Assembly (NCBI GenBank): GCA_910592345.1
Contig: CAJVPI010000083.1
Span: 1-58,921 of the forward strand
Direction: 5' to 3'
Length of the DNA: 58,921 nucleotides
Origin: Paraglomus brasilianum
Lineage: Eukaryota
Part shown: positions 1 to 13,296 of the stretch, in pieces
Numbering within the stretch: the first letter of the stretch is position 1
Layout: every line of letters begins with the position of its first letter
Notes under the pieces: model-generated
What the model was told of the DNA's origin: nothing
Databases searched by the model: none
The model's input: only the letters and a program-made list of their open reading frames with translations
Made by a program: the position numbers and the translations under genes

Positions 1-94
1 TGGAAAATTTAAGGAGTTATTATTATGTACGTTTAGATGATACAACCGGTAGGATACTTTTGCACGTTACTGTATTAATAAAGTTCACATTTTC

Positions 95-345
95 TTTCAT
101 GGACAAACAATATTTTGTACTGTTCTTGAGCATTTTTGGGCATTCTTTTTTCAACATTATTCTTCATAATAAACCAAATATTAAGATCTGGACTGTTGGA
201 TTTTTTAATGGATATTCACTACCCTTTTTGCGCTCAATGAAGTTGCATCTTTGAGCTTGCAAAGATTGTTCACTACTGCAAGTAGAGAAATATCAGTATT
301 TCTTTTGCTGAATGAATACCATTTTGCCAAAGTGTAAATAGTAAA
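95..345 (-). mobile_element. Internally deleted Tc1/mariner transposase relic
   Basis: Minus-strand frameshifted fragments read LWQNGIHSAKEI..NTDISLLAVVNNLCKLKD..IERKKGSEYPLK (HTH plus degenerate GSGRP-type motif), directly joined to NSPDLNIWFIMKNNVEKRMPKN (degenerate SPDLNPIENxW C-terminal Tc1 motif). Boundaries approximate. Confidence 0.55.
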
Positions 346-2385
346 ATAGTTTGTCGTAAATTTCAACTATGGTACAAAGGCAAACTTCTAAATTAATTCT
401 GGCAATAACAATAAAAATAATAAATTCACCAGTAACGAGATAAAGCAAATTTGCTAATACAAACACGCTCAATAGAAGGTTAATTGTTTTTGCTTTGTAA
501 ATAAATGCAGACTTTTTATTTATGGAACAAAAAAAAAGTTATTTGCAAACCGCCATTTTTTTCGAGACACATGAGTATAAAGAATTACTTGCTTATCAGA
601 AAGGAATGTAATTAAACATTAAAAAAACATGAACAGGAACATGATCAAACACTTTAGGGACATATCGGAAAGTCGCGCTTCTTATCTATCTAATCGAACT
701 GCTATTCTTAACTACATGTACCACACACCACTTCTGTCCAAATTAATAAAATTGTTTACGTATTGTACAACTACGATTACAACATGGCTGTTTGTCACTT
801 TGAATACTAATGACAACGCATGATTGTGGTACTCCACATAGGTAAAGAAATTAATTTGCGCAGGAAACCAACAAATAGAAAAATTTCCTTCTCGTGCAAT
901 TATTCTGATAATCCCCAAAGCAACCACTAAACAATAATTTGTATGTTTACTAAATATGGATTGTGTTTTGGTTACGCTGTTTGTTATGCTTGGAGAATAT
1001 TGTCTTTTGCAATCTAAAGCTAAGCACTCTTCAAATTAAAACATTTCTGCAATTACTAGTAAATGCCTGTGTGAGCTTCTTTTAGAAGCTACTATACTTT
1101 ACTTGTAAAACTTAATATTTAATTTATTAGTGATGGTTTTTATTAAATTACACTACTTTGATAAAACGTTTGAAGTTCGTACATCTAAGTCTTGATTCCA
1201 CAATTTTTATAATTTCTCTTATTTGCTCTAATAGTATCGATAGAGTAAATCGCCAGATTTGTGAAATCCTTAAAACATTACAAGGGATAACCCCATCCAT
1301 TGCTGATCCTCTTGTGAAATAATTAGAGGCAATAATGAAAGCTGGTAATCCTCTACGACCTATTTGAACATATTAACAAATCCGCCGTAAAACATTGTTA
1401 TACTGAAATAATACCGCAATGCTCGGTGGAAAACGCCCAACCTAAAAAGGAACAAATCACTATCAATATATTACAAAGACTTTTCTGTGAACTATTGACT
1501 AACAAATTTACCCACGATGTGTTTGGTAAAGTATTATTTGTTATCCCTGGCATCTGACATCACCGCTGACGTTATTTGTTCATTCGATCAAACAAGCAAT
1601 TAATTTCTTAATGTTGAGGTGCTTTGTTCGAACGCGCAAAACGAGTTTTAAGAACCGTATATCAGCGTATCTTTATTATGATCATTTATCTTTATACTCC
1701 TGCAGATGTTTTATCACCCGCCATACGTCTTTTCATGCAGTGCCGGCGAGACGTGTTTGAAATACGAGGAAACAAGATGATCTACATAACTTTGTTGGCA
1801 ACAAAATACAAATTATTGGCAAAAGCAAATAATATAACACAAAGGAGATTTGCATCACCCAAGCGTTGTACACAATGATATGTAAGATTAACACATAATT
1901 TCATAATGTAGCATACCCTACCGAACGTCTTCTATGTGGCTTGTAGAAAATCATTAAACGTTTCGTGCCAACATGCTTAAGACCGAGCTTTTTTCGAAGG
2001 TGGCCTTCTCTTTGTTTTTACTGATTGGGGACGTTAAAGGGGTCCGATCTACCGTTCCCCACCAATTGTAATTGTATTGTTCGAATTCGGTTAAATTATT
2101 TCCGAGCAAATATTTGTACCCGGATCAAGTTAATCTACCTGCATGAAAAGTGCCCAAATACTAGTTTATGACGGTAGCAGTTTACCCGATTGAAGAAACG
2201 CAGAAACCTTATTTTTTGATTCGTTAACCGAATGATCTGAAGATCCGTATAAAATGAGACTGCTTAGCAGCTTTTTTGGCATACCGCCATAATATCAGGT
2301 TAGTAAAACTGTAACGATCAAAATAAGCTTTCAAGATTTTTAAGTTCAAACGTTAACTTTAAATTCTCCATTGTTAATCAGGATA

Positions 2386-4480
2386 ATGTCTGCCAATTCA
2401 CCAGAAAAGAAATCTCCTACAAACGACGCTGGCGTAACAGTTGGCGAACAAAATGATCTCGAGGTATCGAGGGATGTCGAGAAATTAAAAGGACAGGGCG
2501 AAGCTGTAGTACACTTGACACGTTGGCGGTTGTTCTGGGTTATGGTTGGGTAAGTATCAATAAGTCGAAACAATTACAACTGATGTATCAAGCCATAAGA
2601 AGAGGAAAAATGAGACACTTTTACTAATGAATGGTCTTATTAATCGCCCGCTCTCTCGTGCGCTTTCCATTATGCAATTCTCAGCCTTGGCCTCGCAATC
2701 TTTCTCGCTGCGTTAGATCAAACGATTATTGCAACTTCGCTATACAGGATAGGCACCGATTTTAATGCATTGAACGAAATTGCCTGGGTTGCAACCTCAT
2801 ATCTTTTAACCGCGACAGCATTCCAACCGACATATGGAAAGTTTTCCGACATATTTGGAAGGAAGATAACGTTTTTATTTGCCATTTTGGTATTCGAATT
2901 GGGCAGTTTGTTATGTGGCTTAGCACCAAATATGGTAATAAAGGGGTGGGAGGAGGCATGTAATTTGACTTTTTCGTTTTCATCTTTACTTCATTGCTCA
3001 TCTCGCTGCTCTCAAAATTAGACGACGCTGATAATATTCCGAGCTATAGCAGGAATTGGTGGTGGTGGTATTATAGGTTTGGTAATTATTATAATTGCAG
3101 ACATTGTTAGTCTCGAAGAAAGAGGAAAATACCAAGGACTTATTGGGGCAGTGTTTGGAATTGCATCAGTCGTTGGTCCTCTGTTGGGTGGGGCTTTTAC
3201 TGATCACGTAACTTGGAGGTATGGATTGACAGTAATCTAAGAAAATACGAAAGAGAAAAAGTTTCTTGATATTGATATAACGCTAACTCTAAATTTTCAA
3301 TCGTAACTTGGTCAGATGGTCGTTCCTAATTAATTTACCGTTCGGTGCGATAACCCTCGCTGTTATAATTATACTATTACACCTTCCCCGACCACGAGGG
3401 TCGTTATTGAAAAAACTTGGTCGTATCGACTGGTGGGGTACACTTTGTTTAGTATCCGCTACGGTCGCTTTACTACTTCCCTTAAACTGGGGCGGCGATC
3501 AATACGCTTGGAATGATCCCATAATTATCTCCCTTCTCGTCGTCGGTGGTGTCTTGTACATAGTGTTCGCGGTTGTCGAGGGATACGTAGCCGTGGAGCC
3601 TATCGTTCCGCTTCGACTGTTTAGAGACCGAATCTTGTTAGGATGTATTTTGGTAAATTTATTCCAGGGCATGGCATTCTTAGGCGCCATCTATTATGTT
3701 CCCATATATTTCCAAGTCATCCACGGTGCTTCGGCAACCACTGCCGGATTAGAGTTGATACCATTCATTCTTGGTGTTGTTATTGCGTCAATTGTATCGG
3801 GACAAGCCATGTCAAGAGCACCGAACATAAGGAAACAAATATTCTGTATCGTTGGTGGTGCACTTATCGTTGTGGGATCGGGTTTGACGTCTACATTTGA
3901 CATTGACACAAATCGTGGAAAGCAGATTGGGTATTTGTTCATTCTGGGAATTGGAGTTGGGCTGATCATGCAGACGACGTTGTTGATTGGACAAGCTTCG
4001 GTCGTATATTCGGACATTGCTATTATTTCTGCGGTCCTGGTATTCTTTAGGACGAGTAAGTATCGTGTTGTGCGCGTATGATTGAAATGTTTAGAAGCGA
4101 AAGAGAGTTTTCGAGAATTGCAAGTGTTATCGTATTGTTGGCTAAATTGAGTCTTTTGCACCACTTTGCATTATTCAGTTGGATTTGTGTTCGGTGTTGC
4201 CATCGTAGGCACAATCTTCAATAATGAACTTCGGCATCAAATCGACATACTAGGGATAAATATCACTTTCGACGTTCTTAAGAAGAACCCGCAGATTATC
4301 GGCAGTCTTCCACCAATAATTCAGGGTCAGATTATAAATGCCTATGTCCAAGCATTACAGCTAGCATTCACGTGTATAATTCCGATGGGTGGTCTGTGTT
4401 TCCTGTCTGCTTTCTTGCTTGGGAAAAATAAGAATATTGGGAGGCGGCCTGGTGAGGAAGTTCCCGCTGGTGTAGAGTAA
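2386..4480 (+). CDS. MFS drug:H+ antiporter (DHA2/14-TMS family), multi-exon
   Basis: Spliced segments give [96 protein letters not shown] and RIDWWG. GT-AG introns start near 2550, 2934, 3219 and 4056. ATG 2386 (MSANSPEKK), stop 4480. Confidence 0.93.
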
Positions 4481-5994
4481 GAAATGATTATTGGCATTTA
4501 ATTCAAACGAAAGTCTTCTTGATAATTAGAACTGTTTTGCTGTTTTTATCTTAAAAAAATTCCCGGCATCGATGAACTAGAGAATTGGTATATATACTGG
4601 CCCAACATCAAATAATATATAATAAACAAATAATAATTTAATCTTTTGTAATTTCGTTGTTGTATTGTTATGTCTCATACGCACAAATATCAATATGACA
4701 GTTCTCTTTTTGTTGTCAATAATTCCGCGACACTTATACACTAGTCCAAATTAGTCCATTCGTGTTATATGCTGTACGACCATATAAATGTCGGAATTAT
4801 TGATTGACACAACCGATATAGTTCAACCGATATAACCCAACTATTAACTCAACTATTGCTACCTATCGCTTAAAAAAAGTATGCCTTTTGCTAGACTAAA
4901 GTCTGCAGGCCTTTTCATTAGAACACATGAATCCCTTACACCTCACTCGAACGATTATATTCACTCCTGCTTCCCTCAAACGCTCCCTCACTCAAACACT
5001 CACTTGACCGAACACACACGACCGACCGAACACACACACACGGCCAGTTTGGAAATGGGAGTGTTCTAACGAGCAAAACGAGGTAGTCGAACACCAAACT
5101 ACAAGCAGCCAAACAGGGTCACGCTGAAGCACAGCATAGACGGCCTTACGAGGAGATTACGGACCAGAATTTGCTCGAGCAGTTGCATCGAAGAATCTTT
5201 CGAAACCGAGTTAACTTGGCTTGCCTTTGCGAAATCTGACGATGCTTCCAGTATTCACAATTTCCCGCTCGTTCATGATTTTGTAAAATACAAAATTTGG
5301 CCTATTGTTGCAGTCGGTTTTACCGTGTTAGCCGTCTGACCGATTTACATAAGATGCAGCAAGCGCGGGCTAGAATAAAATCGCTCGAAAAGATGCTTCC
5401 CACAATAATAAACAAAAAACATACAGATGATAACAGATATGGCGGATTGCGCGAAAACCGCATTACAAGAGGCCCGAATGCAGCTAACCTGTTCCATCGG
5501 CGAGAAACCAATTGCTGGAGAAATGCCGAAGGAAGTTCGTAGAGAAATTAGAGAAGAGAGTGAGGGAAAGGAAGATGAACTAGAAAGTTTCGGAGAGGAT
5601 GCAGCGGAGTTTAGATTACAAGTTTAAAGAACAGTATTTGTGAATATTAATACCATAAATTATGTATTATTGTAAAGTTACGATGTCTACTAATCAATAA
5701 AGTAAAAGCTATCTATATCTAATTTTTACGTATTGATTTACCAATCACTTTCGATAGAACAAACTTCAAATCGCTAAGGCTTTTGAACAAAACAAGCTAT
5801 GCTCATAAAGACTATATTAATACATACTCCAAAAGCTGCACTATAAGAAAATGGCGCCATTTTTTCGCTTCCTTGACAAAATCATATGTAAACTTTTTAG
5901 TAAAATTTCTCCACTTTAAAAAAGGTTTGCCGCCTTAAAGTGATCGGCAAAAAAAACTTCAACCACAATAAAATTTTTAACGTCGCAAAAAATA

Positions 5995-8439
5995 ATGGCA
6001 GGCTCGTGGAATACTTTAGAACCTAAACTCAGTCCACAAATGTTCGTATCTCATAGTTTCCGTCATAACTCCCGGCCTCAAGTAATGTATTCAGTCTATG
6101 CTAACAGGCAACAGTTTGGATGTTCTAGACGTAATGGGGTTCGAATGCATGACTCCTGTTCAGGCTGGAGTAATTCCTTTATTTATGCAAAATAAAGATG
6201 TCGTTGTTGAGGTAAAAAATGATACATAAAATGCTCTAAATAAAACGATTAGCCTTACACATTCTGCTCATGGAATTTAGGCCGTTACCGGTTCCGGGAA
6301 GACTCTAGCGTTTGTTATTCCTATTATCGAAAAGTTGATGCGCCGTGAAACATCACAAAAACACTCAATTGGAGCTCTGATTATCTCTCCGACAAGGTTA
6401 TTTGATAACATTTGCTAGGAAGACTTGCACATCATGTTATATTCGGCTGACATTATTACATCAATACTAGAGAACTTGCACAACAAATATCATCTGTTAT
6501 TGATCTCTTCCTAAGAGATGGTGCCATCGTCCTAAAACATGCTTTATTTATCGGTGGCACGTCGGCTCTGCAAGATGACATTAAACGATATAAAGAGTTG
6601 CGACCAGACATTGTTGTCGGAACTCCCGGACGCTTGGAAGATCTTGTGGTTGGGCGCGGATCCTCAAGCGGGATAATTAACGCGAAAGAGATGGAAGTGT
6701 TGGTTTTAGATGAGGCCGATAGACTGTTGGACATGGGATTTACTCAATCCCTGAGTAATATTCTGGCTCATCTTCCAAAACAAAGGCGCACGGGTTTGTT
6801 TTCTGCCACAATGACTGATGCGTTGACGGAAATTGTGAGAGCTGGTTTAAGAAATCCTGTACATCTTCAGGCTAAAATAGAAAACAATTCCTCAAAAGAC
6901 GAACAACGGACGCCAATTACGTATGTATTTTCTTTTCTAAAGTCATATAGTGCGTTGATTTCCAATCATTAACCAATATGTTTCTCTCTTAAAAGGCTAT
7001 CCATTGGATACATCTTGTGCGAACCCCATCAAAAGCTATCCCAGTTGTTGCGATTATTGAAGAGGGAAACTGTGACAAAGTTTATAATATATTTTGCCAC
7101 ATGTGCATGCGTTGACTATTTCTTCAAGGTAACATACAAGAGTAATCATTGCAATGACATGCTAGTAAATTGATATTAAAATTTTCGATTTTCTACTCAG
7201 CTATTTAAAGGCTTGCCTCAGCTAAAAAATTTCAAGATAAATTCACTACATGGACAGATGAAGAGTAAAAAGCGGATTGGTAAACCCAATGTCATCACAT
7301 TTTGTCTTTCTACCTTTGTTGGTTCATTTTATTGACAAGATATTATCTTTTTCCTAGCCAACTACAACACATTTGTAAATCTTCCGCCTACCTCAAAGGC
7401 CATTTTATTATGTACAGACGTGGCTGCACGGGGACTGGATGTTCCTGATGTTGATTTTGTAATACAATACGATCCTCCACAAGACCCGAAAGTTTTCTCT
7501 CACCGTTGTGGCCGGACAGCAAGGGCAGGCAGAGGTGGAAAAGCGATAGTTTTTCTAACGACAGGAAGGGAAGAGGTATATGTAGGTAAGTACAAATCTG
7601 TTGGTATAATGTCGCAATATGTGATGCGTGAGGAAACAAATAAAAATTTCGTACATGCATCGGCAGAATTTTTGAAAATTCGCAAAATTCCTCTTCAGAG
7701 ACAACCATACTTGCTACCCGATGGTGCCGTATATAAATTGGATGAGGATTTGGATGATACAGTTCCCAAAGAAGATACAGACAACGAGAGACTAATTGAA
7801 CAAGTTAGGAAGATAATATTGTCCGATAGAGACTATCATGATAAGGTAAATGATAAACAGCGGTTTATTGAGATTCTCATATTTAATTGATACATTAACG
7901 GATTGGTTGCTTTCTCAATGATTTAAGGGCACAAGGGCTTTTGTCTCGTATGTGAGAGCGTACTCTAAGCATGAAGCAAATTATATATTTAGGATGAAGG
8001 ATCTTGATCTGGGAAAAATTGCCAAGGGTTTTGCATTGTTACAGGTATGTTTTGTGCTTTGGCGGTAGTCAGCAGTTACGGTCGTATGTTAATAATATTA
8101 GCTGTATTCTAACACCCATTCCAGTTGCCAAAGATGCCTGAACTGAAAGGGAGCAATATTGAGTTTGACAAAGTTCCAATAGAGGTAGGTTTATATATGT
8201 ATTTCCTCATTTAGCTTGAATTCGAACTGTCTTAATACTGATGACTATTATCACAGATGGCAGAATATAAATATGCAGACAAAAACCGAGAGACGGCACG
8301 AGTAAAGGAACTAGAAAATCCCCGAGGCAAGAGGAGAAAGTATGTGCTTGTGTAAACCCCCTTTTTTCTATCTCTTGACTATTGGTCGCTTACTAAGAAT
8401 ACTCTCTTTTCGCTACATATTAGAATATCACGATCATAG
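5995..8439 (+). CDS. SPB4: DEAD-box RNA helicase Spb4/DDX55 (60S biogenesis), multi-exon
   Basis: Q motif [93 protein letters not shown], and the Spb4-specific [44 protein letters not shown]. The 3' end is tentative. Confidence 0.92.
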
Positions 8440-9147
8440 CCTCAATAAAAGCGCGTGGGAAACGGTGGAACTACGCGACGGATCCGTCTTTAATTATTTA
8501 AACATTTTTCCCGGTCATAAAATTTGACCGTCAGAAATTGCAGAAATTTTTTAACCGACATTGCTCTGTCAATATATTGCATCACACTCGATTTTATCCT
8601 GCTGCCTCCAGCCAGTTCTGGTATTATTGACTAATAGACCATCCGTTAAGGTAGAACAACTCTAATTAGTTTTATTTCCGCGTACTTGTATCGAATCTGG
8701 CCACGGAGTAATACTATCTGCTACTGCCCACTCGTAATGATTCAGGCATTTTCTATTTTACTTTATTTCGTGCCTTTTAAACATACAACGCTATTCAGAA
8801 TCTAGTACTCTAGATCGGTCAATCGATTAATTGAATATTATATATTATAATTAATATACTTTGTTAAATCTGTGATTAAAACTCACTGTCAAACTTGATG
8901 GATCCGATTAAAGAATGATATTCGACAAATATTTTCATTTTTAAATCCTGAAAGAAACAGTCATAGTCAATAGACTAGCCCATTAATCTAAGTCTGTACC
9001 ACATTCACATTGTGCAAAAACGGATCACTTCGAAATTTTACGATCAACCTAATTTTGTTCGGCCCCACATCCTGTAAAAGAGACTATAGTCGCATAGAAG
9101 CACGACGTTAAGAGTCTAAACTCCTTAATCAAGACTAACCATTCAAA

Positions 9148-10010
9148 ATGAAATTAGTAAGGCAAGTAAGCATATCCCGAGTGTGAAAAAAAAAAAAAAA
9201 AAAAAAACCAAAATTTCCAGTTCTGCGGCGCGATCTCGTGTAGTTGCTTTGTCTATTCGTTGTTCTAATTGCTCATTGTATGCTGTAATGTGTACAGATT
9301 TTTAATGAAACTAAATAGTGAAACGGTAACCATAGAACTCAAAAATGGAACTATAGTCCACGGAACTGTTACAGGTTTGATAACCATTACTGATCAAATG
9401 AGACAGTCTTCTTTGGATGTTTAATAGTCGACAAATTTAACAATAGTTTCACACCATATAACATTCCGAACGATTGATTGTTTACATCAACAGTAATCTA
9501 ACCAATTTGTCTCTCTACAATGCGTCACTCTCTTTGTTTTCTCCTATTCTACCATCTTGCCCGGTAAATCAATCGCTATTAGGTGTAGACATGTCAATGA
9601 ACACACATCTTAAACTCGTAAAAATGACGGTGAAGAACAAAGATCCAGTCCACTTGGATTCACTCAGCATCCGTGGTAATAATATCAGATATTACATCTT
9701 ACCTGATTCACTCCCACTGGATACCTTGTTGATTGATGATACACCAAAAGCCAAGGCTAAAAAGAAAGAACGTAAGTGGGGAAGGAACGTGATGCAAGAT
9801 GTTTCGTATGATAGCAAACAAGATAGGATTATGAGTACGGTTGGGTGGCGGTTATTGGGAGTGGGCGATACTATGGAGGCATATATAGGCATCGGACAGG
9901 TCAGAATTTTCTCACCATTTGCATTTTTAATTTTTCAAGCTGCTGGTGTTGGTCGCGGACGAGGCAGAGGACGTGGACGTGGAGTTCGTGGACGTAGCAA
10001 GCCACGTTAA
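9148..10010 (+). CDS. SMD1: Small nuclear ribonucleoprotein Sm D1 (4 exons: 9148-9161, 9298-9374, 9583-9771, 9940-10010)
   Basis: Spliced product [83 protein letters not shown] followed by a GRGRGRGRG tail. Confidence 0.96.
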
Positions 10011-11226
10011 TCATCAGAGGTCTTTTAATAAAAAAGTTCATTAAGGGAAATGTGATGTCGACGTTCGGTCGCCTGGAAACGTTTGGTGTCCAAATTGGCC
10101 TGGGGATGATAGTTTTCAAATTTAGCTCCAAACATGTTCGTGTCAATTAAGGCGTAGCTGTATTTACAGGCTTGGTCCAGTAGTCGTGGGGTTTCCAAGT
10201 GATAGTCCTGCCGTTAGCAGCTTACAAAAGAAGATTATATGATATGATGTTAGAATTACGATCAATACAATCCGGATATCGAAAGACTATTTTATTTAGA
10301 AAAGTCGATAGCTTCGATTGGTCTGTTGAGAAGTCTTTATATTCACTCATTTGGCCCCTCGCGTGTGAGTTTCAATCGTAAAGCTAATAGACGTTTTATT
10401 TTACAATTAATGGGATAATAATTATTAATGGTCAACTACTGTAGACTGATCCACCTTGGGTGGTTCGTGTTGAGGGCTTGAATTTGATCCATGACCCATC
10501 ATCTTAATGCTTAATATTGAATCAATTCCAACAAACATGTTCAAGTCCACGACCTAGAGCAATGACAATTTGCAAGTTAAAAGATTGTGAGCCGAGTATT
10601 TTACATTTACACAGAATGGACTTTTCCTAATTACGTGCGAAGGTGACGTAACGACTTTGGTTCTCTGTGAGGCTGTGCTTACTAATTTCGGTTGGCCTAA
10701 TTTCTGTTATTCACTTACTGTGCAGCAATAGCTTGCAGACCAGTGAATCAGGACCTCTAGCAGAATCAAAAGAAGGATATATGAACATAGCGGTAACTCT
10801 ATGATTCCTTAAAACCCTCTGAAGAGATTAGAATGTCTGAGTATTGTGGGCACCAAATATTGGCCTTGTCTTGCGGACCTTTACCTCTAGCTAGCGTGTA
10901 TAGTAGTTGTCGCCAACAAAGAACATTACTGAGGTAATCAAATTCCCGCACTTATCGAACAGATCCGCAATTCAAGTTATCACGCGAATTTCAAAAGCTG
11001 GAGTTCTATTACAAAGTTCTTGGGACTGAGGAACAGGTTCATTAAAATGACAAATTAGTTGCAGTGGTATCGTGCATCCGACATCGGAAGTCCCACCTCA
11101 ATCTTGTATGCTAACGAGCTGTTAAATGTTTCTTACTTTTCAAAAATAAATAGACTAAAATTACATTTACTATTTCTAAGTATGTTTTCGATCCTTCATG
11201 ACTCCGTCATCCAGATTCGTCCACCT

Positions 11227-12473
11227 CTAATTGGTTTTAACCTTTTCCTTGCCGTTCTCATCAAATTCATCTACCTCTCGCGCTTGCTTCTCCCAGATCA
11301 TATTGTCTGTCTTTAATTTATACTGTTCGTCTCCTGGAAGTCTGTGAGTACCACCCACTCTATCCCATAACGTGAAATACTGTCCGTAGTTGTAATTAAA
11401 GTAGAGATGGTGTAAAGTATGATGAGCCGCCCCGTTTATTAACGGGTTCGCTGTTAAGTAGGCGCCTACGAATATACGGGGAATTTTGTACGTGAGAAAC
11501 AGCTTGATAATTAGGAATAATGGATTTCGGTAAGTAATAAGAAATTACCATCATGTATTAGGATAGTCCAAACGTTAACAAACACAAATAGTCCGAGATA
11601 CACATATTTCTGGAGAGGAAATAAAAACACAAAGAGATGATACGGAACAGATTGGAGGTATCCGTCAAGCGGGTGAAATGCATGGGATGAGAATGGGGTT
11701 GGGACTAATGTCGTCAATAAAAGAGAAGGGTTATGAATGGTTTGTCTGGGTTTTTTTCCGGAAATAATAGAACAGAGCAAGTAATTCATATATCATTTTT
11801 ACCGATCCATCTATGATGTGGCTGTTGGAATGAGACAAAACGACGACGTAATTAGTAACAGTGTGCATAATGACCTATTCAACTATCTCTTTTGACCACA
11901 GCCTAACTTCATCTCTTTTCAGCATTCTATTCTTCGCCCACACCTTTCACACCCGATTATGCTCACCTTGTGCAAATGCTTATAAATCAATGGATGATGC
12001 AACCATCGGTGAATCCAATAAATACAAAAGTCGGTAAAGAGCAAGAACATCGGCACGCTTGCTATCAAATACCACCACCCATACTTTTCCACGTCATCAT
12101 ATAACCTAGAATACCCTTTCACTTCTCCAATAAACCAGGGTATGGTGACTGCAGTAGTAATAGGAAATCCACCGACGGACAGGAACATCTCTTTACGTAT
12201 TTGGTTCTTGAGGAATTTCGGATGTTTCATCAAGTCATGGTTAAATACCAAGTAATACGAGACGCCAGATAGCGAAAAGTAGAAAGTTGTAATGAAGGCA
12301 ATGGTTATAATAAAGAGAGTAGTGTACTGACGATAAACGTTATCGCGTGAAAGAAAGGAAATTGTTGAAAGAGAGGGAAAATAGGGATGGGAGACATTAA
12401 CAAAGCGAGGAAATACGTGCGCGTATAGATCGTCAAAAAGGTATTCGTCTGCATATGTGAGAACTATGTCCAT
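11227..12473 (-). CDS. ERG3: C-5 sterol desaturase (4 exons)
   Basis: His boxes [15 protein letters not shown] (spanning a 19-nt exon at 11803-11821) and [41 protein letters not shown]-terminus [26 protein letters not shown]. Confidence 0.95.
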
Positions 12474-12936
12474 GGTTGCCGACTGACAAGAACGAGTATT
12501 ATACGTGTGGTCTTATTGTGTGTGAAAAAACCGTAACCACAAACAAGGTTGCGGAGGATAAAAAGAGTCGAAATTTCTTGAAAATGAAATTTTTTTTTAC
12601 GTAAGGGTAACGAGTTACCGGGGATTTCTCTCGATCCTAATATTATTTGTCATATGCGTCGTGTAGTACCACTAAATATTACAACCCTGAATAGAAATGA
12701 ATGTTAACGAACCCTAACTATATCGGTAAATAACGTCAGGTAACACATAGCGACCGCATGGTGTAGACATTGGGATACAACTGAGGTATAGTAATAGCAT
12801 TTCAATAGAAAATATTGGGTTTAATTTTATTGATAAATTCCATTAGTGACGTCTGTCGTTTGACCTTTCTACTGTTTCATCTAAGCGCTCAATTATATAT
12901 AATGTATAGCATAATTTAGATTCTAATTTATTATAT

Positions 12937-13090
12937 CGCCTAATTTTTATGGTCTAATTTATTTATCGCCTGATTTTATGATCTGATTTTATGACCTGAT
13001 TTTATGACCTGATTTTACGACCTATCGCCTGATTTTATGACCCGCTTTTATTTGTGGCCCGATCTTATGGCATGGATTTTATTTATGGCC
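12937..13090. repeat. Minisatellite with ~13-bp unit CCTGATTTTATGA (degenerate array)
   Basis: cgcctgattttatgatctgattttatgacctgattttatgacctgattttacgacctatcgcctgattttatgaccc is directly visible, with degenerate flanking copies. Confidence 0.85.
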
Positions 13091-13201
13091 CGATTTTATT
13101 GCGTCGTCGCCTAACCAAATGAAGACTTATCCCGCACAAATATATATATAGAAATGGCATGATTTTTTGTGTAGGTTAGATAACTATAAATTTAGGAAAT
13201 T

Positions 13202-13296
13202 GGGATTGTGTAAGTTGGGGATAGGGATATATCTGAGTGGGATACAACTGCGTTGCAGCTGGGATATAACTGAGGTTGGGATATAACTGAGGTATG
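13202..13296. repeat. Degenerate tandem GGGATATAACTGAGGT repeats, with a further copy at ~12772
   Basis: gggatacaactg, gggatataactgaggtt, gggatataactgaggtat in this interval; gggatacaactgaggtat at 12772-12789. Confidence 0.7.

Noticed and set aside
712..1010. FAR1/MULE-like fragment (KQRN…, YHNHAL)
   Set aside because: Only two short motifs; insufficient support.
3499..4164. Antisense ORFs over the MFS gene (likewise over the 593-aa gene, ESA1 and the hydrolase)
   Set aside because: Shadow ORFs of real genes on the opposite strand or frame, with no recognisable motifs.
4881..5627. Short ORFs between the MFS gene and SPB4
   Set aside because: No coherent gene model or recognisable domain; possibly decayed sequence.
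9375..9582. Intronic snoRNA in SmD1 intron 2
   Set aside because: The intron is longish with a weak inverted repeat, but I found no convincing C/D or H/ACA box arrangement.
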